Source: a candidate division WOR-3 bacterium (GTDB lineage: Bacteria; Hydrothermota; Hydrothermia; B15-G9; WFZT01). Taken from it: a stretch of DNA of 27,360 nucleotides. The stretch is from the NCBI GenBank assembly GCA_027053075.1, contig JALUEE010000095.1, positions 1 through 27,360 on the forward strand, written 5' to 3'. Shown in pieces: positions 9,640 through 18,858 of this stretch (positions are counted from its first letter, which is position 1; each line of letters begins with the position of its first letter). Under the pieces are notes generated by a model. The model ran no database searches. It was given only the letters and a program-made list of their open reading frames with translations, and had not been told where the DNA came from. Position numbers and translations under genes: made by a program.

Positions 9640-10602
9640 CTAATACTTAATCCTGATAAAAACACAATCCTCTGCATAGCCACCTTTATCGCAGCTTTTT
9701 CTCACATCTCTTAATAGCTCTCTCACGCTGCCTTTGTATTTGTAATAACCACCAAGGTCCTCAAGCTTTTCCTTTGGAACATGCAGAGGCTTTTCACAAG
9801 CAAAAACTTTTATTATGTCCCAGCCCGGGGGTGCCATTGCCACTATTTTAAAAGTATCATTCTGGGAGGGTATTGTAACTTCCTCACCCGCCGGTATTTT
9901 CATCTGGCTCGAATAAGAGTTTGGATAAATCTGATATAACTCCCCAAGGTCTCTGTAAAGGTCATAAACCAGAATGTAACAGTCCCGATTCGCTTTTACT
10001 TTCAAATACACTGTATCTTCACCAGCTTTAAAATTAGCTCTCTCTGAGCTTAACGCTATCTTTAGTCCTCCTTTGTGAACATTTTCGATAAATAATTCTG
10101 CTGGAGTCTTTATTTTTGAAACACAGGCTGATAAATTTTTGGGGAACATCCTTTTAGGAACCTCAAAGTTTTTTGTAATAACCCTCTGAAGAGTATGCAC
10201 ATCCGTTACCCACAACTGGAGCAAGTAGTTATCACCCTCACTTTCCCATATTTTTCCTGAGAGATGCCAGTCAGGTGTTATCTTGCCTCCCCCAGATGAA
10301 ACTTGAACCTCTCCTCCAGTGCCACTTGTTGATAAAAATTCCTCTAATTTCTGCACCTCTTTAGTATCTGTTAGCCTTACAACTCTCAGATTATACTTAC
10401 CTGTGAGTTCTTCTTCTATTTTTCCAAGAATTAGCTCATTAAGGGGAGATACAGAATCATTTTGGCTACAATAGATCGCCCCTATGGTTAAGACTTTCCC
10501 CTGACCGGCCTTCTTTGATAAAGTATCAGCTAAGGACCCAATCGCCTGGTCAAAACTCAATCCACTTATGAGTAACCCGGAAAGTATCAAAATGCTAATC
10601 AT
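9640..10602 (-). CDS. Exported DUF4384-like protein with CsgG/FlgO-like N-terminal domain
   Basis: Hydrophobic N-terminus. C-terminal 'FKAGEDTVYLKVKANRDCYILVYD...QIYPN...IPAGEEVTIPS...APPGWDIIKVFA' matches the DUF4384 pattern. ATG overlaps the upstream stop (TAATG). Confidence 0.7.
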   Translation of the reverse strand: MISILILSGLLISGLSFDQAIGSLADTLSKKAGQGKVLTIGAIYCSQNDSVSPLNELILGKIEEELTGKYNLRVVRLTDTKEVQKLEEFLSTSGTGGEVQVSSGGGKITPDWHLSGKIWESEGDNYLLQLWVTDVHTLQRVITKNFEVPKRMFPKNLSACVSKIKTPAELFIENVHKGGLKIALSSERANFKAGEDTVYLKVKANRDCYILVYDLYRDLGELYQIYPNSYSSQMKIPAGEEVTIPSQNDTFKIVAMAPPGWDIIKVFACEKPLHVPKEKLEDLGGYYKYKGSVRELLRDVRKSCDKGGYAEDCVFIRIKY

Positions 10603-12499
10603 TACTCCACCACCTGGGACAATTTTAAATTCAATCCCTCTATCACCGGCTCCTGCCTAACACCTACTCGCCTCGCATATTCCTCCGTCTTCTTCTCCAA
10701 ATATCCCCTTATCTCATTTACCTCCAGATACCCATCACCATCCCTGTCCAATACATCTCCCGTTGTTAATGTCTTATACAAAGCATACGTGAATACCGAA
10801 TACCCCACATCCTCTAAATACGCACTTATCTCATCTGCCCTTGATGATAATAACACTGTGTAATTCTCCCCCCTCTTCGGCTCCTTCACCACCACCAATG
10901 GCTTCGCTCCCGCTAACATCACACCCTTCCCCTTCCCAGCATAACATACATCTCCTATCACCAACACCTTTACCCTCCTGCTACCCCTAAACCTCTTGTA
11001 TATCTCATCAACCCTCATCGCTGTCTCCGGTATGTATGTTATACTCTGATCCGCATCCACTGGCAACCAATACGCATTCCCTTCTTCATCCACCGCCCCA
11101 TGCCCTGAAAAGTATATTATCGCCATACCTCCCTTCCTCACCTGTTCCTTCAACCATTGCAACCCCTTCTTCATCTCCGCTAATGTTGGATTCTCCATAT
11201 ACCTTAAATTACCAGGCTTCACACCCATTATCTTTACTGCCATCTCCCTCATTAACCTCGCATCATTCACCGGTGTCGGCAACTTACTCACATTCATGTA
11301 ATTACTCACTCCTATTATCAACGCATACCTTCTCGGGTCCTGAAATAATGGTACCTCTGGTAACCCCGCCCTCTCCTTCTCCACCTTAATTACACTCCTG
11401 AACTCCCCTCCCTCTTGAATCTCTCCTGTCGGCTTTATCACATAACTCCTCTCCGTTAACTCACCTACAGGAAATCTCATCTCTTTCTTCACTGTCCATA
11501 GCCCAGTGCTCTCTTTTATCTTTAGTCCTATCTTAACATCTTTCCCTTTATACCCATATGGTACAAAGAATGCTAATCTACCTTCTAACTCCCCACCGGG
11601 CACTATGTTCCCCAATACATCCTCACTCTTCACCATTCTTATACCCTCGCTCTCCGCCTCTCCTTCTATTTTGACCCCTTTTGCCATCCCTTTACCCTCA
11701 TTTCTCACTTTGACATGCAACTCTATAGTCTCCCTTGGCTCTATCTTACCATTACCATTCCCCAATGAAAGACCTTCCCTATCGTCATCTACTCTTACCA
11801 CCACGTTGAATGATGGTGGTATAAGTGCATGGGTATAGAACTTCACTACCACTGGTTCTGGCGAATATTCCCCTGCATCTACCATTAATCTTATTCTCTT
11901 CTCCCCTGTCTTAACTTTTAAGGGCACTCTAAACTCAAACTCCCTCTCGATTTCCTCACCTCTCTTTATGATTGATACCCTATCCACTTCACTCCTGAAA
12001 AATCCATCAACCCATATTCCAACCCCATATGCATCTCCCTTGCCACTGTTTTTAATCACCACCCTCACTCTCGCCTTCTCACCTGCCTCAAATACACCGT
12101 TCCCATTCTCATCCTTTATATCAAATGCCTTCACCTCCAAATATGGGGGCCTCTCTGCTAACCCACCTCTCGGCTCTGTCTTTATGCTGACTTCGTCCAT
12201 TGCCTCCACACTCTCTCCCCACTCGGCTTTCCCCTTATACATCAGTCTGAAAGTCATTTCTCCCTTTGGTAATCCTCCTATGGCTTCTATTGGTATCCTC
12301 ACTTTTGCCTCTCCATTTGCTGGAACCTTAGGAACTTTTATTTTCATTGGATATTTTACTAATCCACTGTAATCAGATGATATCAATTCAACCAGCAATC
12401 TCCCACCCACAGCTTTCGAATTTGCACTATTACTCAATGTTACCTCTATTTCTCCTTTATCTCCCGCCCTTAACACACCATCCCCGTCTGTATCGGTAA
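10545..12499. repeat. 1,955-bp direct repeat, copy 1
   Basis: Aligns without visible gaps to 13264-15218 (offset 2,719). The central ~1 kb appears identical by eye. Confidence 0.95.
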
Positions 12500-13142
12500 T
12501 TTGGGAGAAGATAGAAATTTGTGGAGGGAATATTCTAACTACGTCTTTAGGAACCCATGCATAATACAAAGGAGCATTCAACTTCAATCCAAAATAAAAA
12601 TTACTTCGTTGTAAGCCAGTATCTTTTTCTTTCATAGAAAAAAATCCACCTTCTATTCCAAGTGCCATTACTTTAGTCAACTGCCATTCTACACTGCCAT
12701 TTAAAATAACCCATGAAAGTTCATGATCTGTAGTGCTGTCAAAACCACCTATGGCGAATATACTTGTAGATGCAGACAATTGAAAAATCGAGGGATAGTA
12801 ATAAACCCCACTTTTTTCTCTTATGTTGCTTAATGGTATCATAACTTTCAAATAGAGTGGGATAAGTCCCTCTACTTTGCCACCATTTTTCTTGTCTATA
12901 CACTGATCTAAATTTGCTAGTCCTATCCCTACACCAATTCCTAAATCATGTTTTTTAGCTCCTATACCCCGAGCAATACCAACATCCATACGCAAAAGAG
13001 GATAACCTATCGTTCCTTCATATATGTAATTTTTCCACCCTCCTTTCCCAATATAACCATATCCTGAGAGAAATAGTGGGATTAACAAAATCATTGTGAC
13101 TATCAAGGATTTGTTCCTTGCAATAATAAATCCCATCTTCAT
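10602..13142 (-). CDS. Exported caspase-like protein, copy A: signal, beta-barrel-like variable domain, 3 Ig-like domains, caspase domain
   Basis: Likely ATG at 13142 (SD AAGGAGA). 'RYALIIGVSNY...PVNDA', dyad YFSGHG ... GDVCYAG, EF-hand loop DRDGDGYLEVNEI. Confidence 0.85.
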   Translation of the reverse strand: MKMGFIIARNKSLIVTMILLIPLFLSGYGYIGKGGWKNYIYEGTIGYPLLRMDVGIARGIGAKKHDLGIGVGIGLANLDQCIDKKNGGKVEGLIPLYLKVMIPLSNIREKSGVYYYPSIFQLSASTSIFAIGGFDSTTDHELSWVILNGSVEWQLTKVMALGIEGGFFSMKEKDTGLQRSNFYFGLKLNAPLYYAWVPKDVVRIFPPQISIFSQITDTDGDGVLRAGDKGEIEVTLSNSANSKAVGGRLLVELISSDYSGLVKYPMKIKVPKVPANGEAKVRIPIEAIGGLPKGEMTFRLMYKGKAEWGESVEAMDEVSIKTEPRGGLAERPPYLEVKAFDIKDENGNGVFEAGEKARVRVVIKNSGKGDAYGVGIWVDGFFRSEVDRVSIIKRGEEIEREFEFRVPLKVKTGEKRIRLMVDAGEYSPEPVVVKFYTHALIPPSFNVVVRVDDDREGLSLGNGNGKIEPRETIELHVKVRNEGKGMAKGVKIEGEAESEGIRMVKSEDVLGNIVPGGELEGRLAFFVPYGYKGKDVKIGLKIKESTGLWTVKKEMRFPVGELTERSYVIKPTGEIQEGGEFRSVIKVEKERAGLPEVPLFQDPRRYALIIGVSNYMNVSKLPTPVNDARLMREMAVKIMGVKPGNLRYMENPTLAEMKKGLQWLKEQVRKGGMAIIYFSGHGAVDEEGNAYWLPVDADQSITYIPETAMRVDEIYKRFRGSRRVKVLVIGDVCYAGKGKGVMLAGAKPLVVVKEPKRGENYTVLLSSRADEISAYLEDVGYSVFTYALYKTLTTGDVLDRDGDGYLEVNEIRGYLEKKTEEYARRVGVRQEPVIEGLNLKLSQVVE

Positions 13143-13263
13143 AATATGTCTCCTTAACGATGTTAAAAATTTCATCTTGATCTAATTGATATCTTAATTA
13201 AACCTTTGTGCATTATTGGATTTTGGTCTCGCTTGTAAAATCGATCTCTTGTGGATCCAAGCT

Positions 13264-13321
13264 CCTGGTCAAAACTCAAACCACTTATGAGTAACCCGGA
13301 AAGCATCAAAATGCTAATCAT
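13264..13321 (-). pseudogene. Truncated 5' remnant of the DUF4384-like gene
   Basis: Translates MISILMLSGLLISGLSFDQ versus MISILILSGLLISGLSFDQ at 10602, then homology stops. Confidence 0.85.
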
Positions 13322-15218
13322 CACTCCACCACCTGTGACAATTTTAAATTCAATCCCTCTATCACCGGCTCCTGCCTAACACCTATCCGCCTCGCATATT
13401 CCTCCGTCTTCTTCTCCAAATATCCCCTTATCTCATTTACCTCCAGATACCCATCACCATCCCTGTCCAATACATCCCCCGTCGTCAATGTCTTATACAA
13501 AGCATACGTGAATACCGAATACCCCACGTCCTCTAAATACCCACTTATCTCATCCGCCCTCGACGATAACAACACCGTGTAATTCTCACCCCTCTTCGGC
13601 TCCTTCACCACCACCAATGGCTTCGCTCCCGCTAACATCACACCCTTCCCCTTCCCAGCATAACATACATCTCCTATCACCAACACCTTTAATCTCCTAT
13701 TACCCCTAAACCTCTTGTATATCTCATCAACCCTCATCGCTGTCTCCGGTATGTATGTTATACTCTGATCCGCATCCACTGGCAACCAATACGCATTCCC
13801 TTCTTCATCCACCGCCCCATGCCCTGAAAAGTATATTATCGCCATACCTCCCTTCCTCACCTGTTCCTTCAACCATTGCAACCCCTTCTTCATCTCCGCT
13901 AATGTTGGATTCTCCATATACCTTAAATTACCAGGCTTCACACCCATTATCTTTACTGCCATCTCCCTCATTAACCTCGCATCATTCACCGGTGTCGGCA
14001 ACTTACTCACATTCATGTAATTACTCACTCCTATTATCAACGCATACCTTCTCGGGTCCTGAAATAATGGTACCTCTGGTAACCCCGCCCTCTCCTTCTC
14101 CACCTTAATTACACTCCTGAACTCCCCTCCCTCTTGAATCTCTCCTGTCGGCTTTATCACATAACTCCTCTCCGTTAACTCACCTACAGGAAATCTCATC
14201 TCTTTCTTCACTGTCCATAGCCCAGTGCTCTCTTTTATCTTTAGTCCTATCTTAACATCTTTCCCTTTATACCCATATGGTACAAAGAATGCTAATCTAC
14301 CTTCTAACTCCCCACCGGGCACTATGTTCCCCAATACATCCTCACTCTTCACCATTCTTATACCCTCGCTCTCCGCCTCTCCTTCTATTTTGACCCCTTT
14401 TGCCATCCCTTTACCCTCATTTCTCACTTTGACATGCAACTCTATAGTCTCCCTTGGCTCTATCTTACCATTACCATTCCCCAATGAAAGACCTTCCCTA
14501 TCGTCATCTACTCTTACCACCACGTTGAATGATGGTGGTATAAGTGCATGGGTATAGAACTTCACTACCACTGGTTCTGGCGAATATTCCCCTGCATCTA
14601 CCATTAATCTTATTCTCTTCTCCCCTGTCTTAACTTTTAAGGGCACTCTAAACTCAAACTCCCTCTCGATTTCCTCATCTCTCTTTATGATTGATACCCT
14701 ATCCACTTTACTCTTGAAAAATCCATCAACCCATATTCCCACCCCATATGCATCTCCCTTGCCACTGTTTTTAATCACCACCCTCACTCTCGCCTTCTCA
14801 CCTGCCTCAAATACACCGTTCCCATTCTCATCTTTTATATCAAATGCCTTCACCTCCAAATATGGGGGCCTCTCTGCTAACCCACCTCTCGGCTCTGTCT
14901 TTATGCTGACTTCGTCCATTGCCTCCACACTCTCTCCCCACTCGGATTTCCCCTTATACATCAGTCTGAAAGTCATTTCTCCCTTTGGTAATCCTCCTAT
15001 GGCTTCTATTGGTATCCTCACTTTTGCCTTTCCATTTGCTGGAACCTTGGGAACTTTTATTTTCATTGGATACTTTACTAATCCACTGTAATCAGATGAT
15101 ATCAATTCAACCAGCAATCTCCCACCCACAGCTTTCGAATTTGCACTATTGCTCAATGTTACCCCTATTTCTCCTTTATCCCCTGCCCTCAACACACCAT
15201 CTCCGTCTGTATCGGTAA
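13264..15218. repeat. 1,955-bp direct repeat, copy 2
   Basis: Matches 10545-12499, from CCTGGTCAAAACTCAA to GTATCGGTAA. Confidence 0.95.
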
Positions 15219-15855
15219 AAGAGCTTGTTATAAATATATCAGGAGTATGTAACGTGTAAGTGCCTCGAGTTTTCCAAAATCCAAGATCAGCCCCTATCCC
15301 AGCATAAAACTTGTTCTCTGATATGCCTAAATTCAAATCCTGGCAATGCAAATACCCCATTTCTAAGCTAAAAATTGCTCCGTAATAAAAACTCCAATCT
15401 AACACGCCACTTAATGAGAAATAAGGCAAAAGTCCAGGCATGCTCCTCCTGTTTGCCAGGTTTTCATCCTTAAAATATCCAAATCCATATGGAATTATTT
15501 TAGCAATTAAGCCAAACATTAAAGGGTATCGATCACCCCATTTTGAATTTGATAAAGGAGAATTCAATATTAGATAAAGCGGGACCCCACCACCATGGAA
15601 TACTGTTTGAGATTCACTTCCAGAAATCATTAAATATTCAGCAAGGCCTATTCCTATACCAACTCCTATTTTACCTTTTGTCCCGCCATTTATCCCAACA
15701 GCTATATTATATGCATCCATGGCTAAATACAATGGAACACCTATTGTAACACCTGACAAGCTAAGGTATTTCCAGCCTTTGCTTACACGTATATCTCCTA
15801 TAAGAAATGCGGGCAATAAACATGTCAAGATCATTAACACTTTCAACATTTTCAT
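13321..15855 (-). CDS. Exported caspase-like protein, copy B (diverged N-terminal domain)
   Basis: Likely start MKMLKVLMILTCLLPAFLIG (ATG 15855, SD GGAGG). The C-terminal ~630 aa is nearly identical to copy A. Dyad YFSGHG/GDVCYAG. Confidence 0.85.
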   Translation of the reverse strand: MKMLKVLMILTCLLPAFLIGDIRVSKGWKYLSLSGVTIGVPLYLAMDAYNIAVGINGGTKGKIGVGIGIGLAEYLMISGSESQTVFHGGGVPLYLILNSPLSNSKWGDRYPLMFGLIAKIIPYGFGYFKDENLANRRSMPGLLPYFSLSGVLDWSFYYGAIFSLEMGYLHCQDLNLGISENKFYAGIGADLGFWKTRGTYTLHTPDIFITSSFTDTDGDGVLRAGDKGEIGVTLSNSANSKAVGGRLLVELISSDYSGLVKYPMKIKVPKVPANGKAKVRIPIEAIGGLPKGEMTFRLMYKGKSEWGESVEAMDEVSIKTEPRGGLAERPPYLEVKAFDIKDENGNGVFEAGEKARVRVVIKNSGKGDAYGVGIWVDGFFKSKVDRVSIIKRDEEIEREFEFRVPLKVKTGEKRIRLMVDAGEYSPEPVVVKFYTHALIPPSFNVVVRVDDDREGLSLGNGNGKIEPRETIELHVKVRNEGKGMAKGVKIEGEAESEGIRMVKSEDVLGNIVPGGELEGRLAFFVPYGYKGKDVKIGLKIKESTGLWTVKKEMRFPVGELTERSYVIKPTGEIQEGGEFRSVIKVEKERAGLPEVPLFQDPRRYALIIGVSNYMNVSKLPTPVNDARLMREMAVKIMGVKPGNLRYMENPTLAEMKKGLQWLKEQVRKGGMAIIYFSGHGAVDEEGNAYWLPVDADQSITYIPETAMRVDEIYKRFRGNRRLKVLVIGDVCYAGKGKGVMLAGAKPLVVVKEPKRGENYTVLLSSRADEISGYLEDVGYSVFTYALYKTLTTGDVLDRDGDGYLEVNEIRGYLEKKTEEYARRIGVRQEPVIEGLNLKLSQVVE

Positions 15856-15933
15856 GGTCTTACCTCCTTCCATTTTCTTACCGCATAGAACTACTCAAAA
15901 ACACTAATTTTTAGAATCAAAGATTTTATAAAT

Positions 15934-17286
15934 TTACCTCAACCTCACAAACACCTTACTCAAATCTCCCCTCACCATTGGATGTTGCTCACGGTTGTAT
16001 AGTCTGACCGCCATGTATGAAACCTCCCTTACTAAATACTCCTCCATCTCACTTAATGTTATCTCCCTGTCTCCATTCTTATCCGCAGCTCCACCCATTC
16101 CCTTCATTAAATAATACGTAAATAACGAATGCCCCTTCTCCGGATACCACGACGCTATCTCCCCACTTGTATCCGTCGCCGTTATCACCGTAAACCTCCT
16201 CGGCAACTCACCTCCACCTACCCTCACTACACCCAACGGTGATGCCTTCGCTATCAACATCCCTCCCGGTGAACCACCTGAAAAGCACGCCTCTATTATC
16301 ACGGTCACCCCACTTGATGGCACCTCCGATAAATTCCTGTAAAATAATTTCAATGAATACCCGCTCAAGTTCACATAACTCGGATGTGCATCCACTGGAA
16401 CAAAATATGCACTCCTCGTTTCCACATCCGGTGCTCCATGCCCCACATAGTAGATGTAAATCTCTGGCCTCGTCCCTGGCCTCACCAACCTGTATAACTT
16501 ACCCTTTGGGTCCTTCTCTGTCCCAAACCACATCTCAAAATCACTCTTCTTAGCATCCTTTATCACATATACATTCCTCTCCGGTATCCCCAGTGTCTTA
16601 ATGAAATACTCCTTCATCACCTCAGCATCATGAAATGCATATTTTACCTCTGGCACATCCCTGTGCTCATAGTCCTTGTTCGCAATTATTATCCCTATCG
16701 CATTCGGCCTCCTGTATCCCTCTGGTATATTCACATCAACATCTACCGCCTTTGGTAAACTCACTTCCTTCCTCTTTGCTTTTACACTTACCACCTCCTC
16801 AGTTGTATTGGATTTAGAACCAATTTTGCTTACATAATCTTTATACACCCATCCCCCACCCTCTAAATAATACCAGTCGTTTTTATAACCTATTGAGGTA
16901 ACGAGTGTCCCCTTCGTTAGCGTAGATACAGCCTTGAAACTATCTCCTGGGCCACTCCGTGCACTTGTCATGTTCGTTATTTCTAAAACTGCGTATTCAG
17001 GGGTATAATCTACTACAGGTTCCTCTATCACTATTGGTAATTCACTTTCTTTCCCACTTACGTCCCATGCTCTCACAGTCAAATCCATACCCGGTGTAAT
17101 AGTCATTTCCTTTTCAAACGGATATGCATCTCTATAATTTCCCTTATCTACCGTGAAACTTACCCTTTCTAAAATTTCATTACCAAATTTTACTTCCTTT
17201 ATCCCTTTGTCGTCGTAAACCACCCCTTTAAGATACAAATAAGGATCTTCAAACTTTTTAGAAATTATACGAATAACAGGTTTCAT
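15934..17286 (-). CDS. Caspase-like protein: Ig-like + bacterial SH3-like + caspase domain (possibly the 3' half of a frameshifted gene)
   Basis: 'GVVYDDKGIKEV...VRAWDVSG' Ig-like; 'ARSGPGDSFKAVSTLTKGT...DWYYLEGGGWV' SH3b-like; dyad YYVGHG ... IIEACFSG. No signal peptide and no SD. Confidence 0.8.
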   Translation of the reverse strand: MKPVIRIISKKFEDPYLYLKGVVYDDKGIKEVKFGNEILERVSFTVDKGNYRDAYPFEKEMTITPGMDLTVRAWDVSGKESELPIVIEEPVVDYTPEYAVLEITNMTSARSGPGDSFKAVSTLTKGTLVTSIGYKNDWYYLEGGGWVYKDYVSKIGSKSNTTEEVVSVKAKRKEVSLPKAVDVDVNIPEGYRRPNAIGIIIANKDYEHRDVPEVKYAFHDAEVMKEYFIKTLGIPERNVYVIKDAKKSDFEMWFGTEKDPKGKLYRLVRPGTRPEIYIYYVGHGAPDVETRSAYFVPVDAHPSYVNLSGYSLKLFYRNLSEVPSSGVTVIIEACFSGGSPGGMLIAKASPLGVVRVGGGELPRRFTVITATDTSGEIASWYPEKGHSLFTYYLMKGMGGAADKNGDREITLSEMEEYLVREVSYMAVRLYNREQHPMVRGDLSKVFVRLR

Positions 17287-18617
17287 TACATCGGGTTTTT
17301 TAAAAGAGATGTATTTTTATCAATCCACCCTTTCAAAGTAGGTATTACTTTTACATAATATTTATCCTCCTTCTCTAAAAGCAATTTCAACTTAGTTCCT
17401 GCGGGTAATTTTGTTAATACTCTCCCGGTGGAGGAAAATAGAGGAGCATTATTTTGTTTTATAAAGATGAATTCCCTATTAAATCTTAACCTAAACTTCA
17501 ATAGATATACATCTTTTCCTCCCAATCCATAGGATTTAGTCCATCCTGCGACTACCATAGTTCCATCATCTGTTATTCGTAAAGAATAGGCCTCTTCATC
17601 TTTTTTACCCCCATAGGTTCTTTCCCATATGATGTTCCCGTCTTTGTCCAATTCTGCCAAAAATACGTTTTTCGACTCTCCATACGCATATTTCCATTGA
17701 TTTCCAGCGATTATTATTGTAGTGTCTTCGAGTACTTGTAAAGACCTTGAACTGGAGGAAACATATTTATATACTCCTCCAATATAATAGTTGGTCCAAA
17801 TTGAGTCCAACTGATTATCGAATCTCACAACAAATGCTCCATTAGGTTCGTATGTTCCTGCAATTATTCCGCCCCCATCTTCGAAAACATATAAGTCATA
17901 CCCATACCAAGACCCTAGAGCGTTCCGTTCAAGTCTGTTTTCCTTTAACAGGTTACCATCTCCATCAAATTTCCACAGAGTTATGTATAGGGCTTCACCT
18001 GCCAATAGTATGCCACCGTCGTGTAGAACTTTTAGAGCATATGCACCTTGTTCTTTTGCTTTTTTCTTAAAAATTTTCTGCCATACTTCATTTCCATTAG
18101 CATCAATTTTTAATAAATATATACCTGTAGTAAAAAAAGAAAATTTCACCCACCCCGCCACTACTATACTGTTGTTTTCTGCCACCCCAATTGCCTCGGC
18201 TACTTCATTTTTGCCCCCTTTAAACGTCCTTTCCCATATTTTGTTTCCATCTCTGTCTACTTTTAAAATGTAAACATCTTTCTTTACAGCACCAAATGAC
18301 TTTGTCCATCCGGCCAGTATAATACTACCATCATCTAATACTTGCATATCGTTAGCTACATCATCATTACTCCCTCCATACGTTTTTTGCCATAATAGTT
18401 TACCATCTTTGTCCACCTTCACCAAATATACATCTTTGCCACCATTCCCAAATGATTTTGTCCATCCTGCAATAATGATGCTACCATCCTCCAACACTTG
18501 AACAGCTCTTGCCTCTTCATCCTCACTACCACCATAAGTTTTCTGCCACACAAGTTCTTGGGCATTCAAAAATCCAATAACCAATGCCATTATTGTAAAA
18601 ATCATTTTAATCCTCAT
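17286..18617 (-). CDS. Exported 7-repeat beta-propeller protein with C-terminal SH3-like domain
   Basis: Signal MRIKMIFTIMALVIGFLNA (SD AAGGAGG). The mature start QELVWQKTYGG is identical to that of the 5535 gene. C-terminal 'LTKLPAGTKLKLL...YYVKV...GWIDK' is SH3b-like. Confidence 0.8.
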   Translation of the reverse strand: MRIKMIFTIMALVIGFLNAQELVWQKTYGGSEDEEARAVQVLEDGSIIIAGWTKSFGNGGKDVYLVKVDKDGKLLWQKTYGGSNDDVANDMQVLDDGSIILAGWTKSFGAVKKDVYILKVDRDGNKIWERTFKGGKNEVAEAIGVAENNSIVVAGWVKFSFFTTGIYLLKIDANGNEVWQKIFKKKAKEQGAYALKVLHDGGILLAGEALYITLWKFDGDGNLLKENRLERNALGSWYGYDLYVFEDGGGIIAGTYEPNGAFVVRFDNQLDSIWTNYYIGGVYKYVSSSSRSLQVLEDTTIIIAGNQWKYAYGESKNVFLAELDKDGNIIWERTYGGKKDEEAYSLRITDDGTMVVAGWTKSYGLGGKDVYLLKFRLRFNREFIFIKQNNAPLFSSTGRVLTKLPAGTKLKLLLEKEDKYYVKVIPTLKGWIDKNTSLLKNPM

Positions 18618-18858
18618 CATCAACCTCCTTTTAAATATTTGGGTAAACTGCACAACGTCTTAAACTTACCTCTAAAACATTTCCCAACCCATGAGAGCAT
18701 TTGGGGAAATTTCAAGTTATTAGATTTTCCTTCTCCTTCTTTTCCCCACGCAAATTGTGCGTATGGGGAAATGGAGGATTTAGCAACATTTTTGGACACA
18801 CTCATCCACTCTGTGGTCATATTTGTATAAGCGAGAATAAATAAAAAGCCTTCTTTTT

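Noticed and set aside
10602..13710. DGR-like template/variable repeat: differences between the duplicates cluster in the 3' ~400 bp and many are coding A versus G
   Set aside because: The changes are mostly synonymous transitions and include non-adenine positions, the repeat is ~2 kb, and no reverse transcriptase is in the window. Gene conversion fits better.
11036..16817. Plus-strand Pro/Ser/His-rich ORFs (11036, 11506, 11968, 13755, 14225, 14687, 16239, 16635)
   Set aside because: Antisense shadows of the G/A-rich minus-strand genes, with no independent signals.
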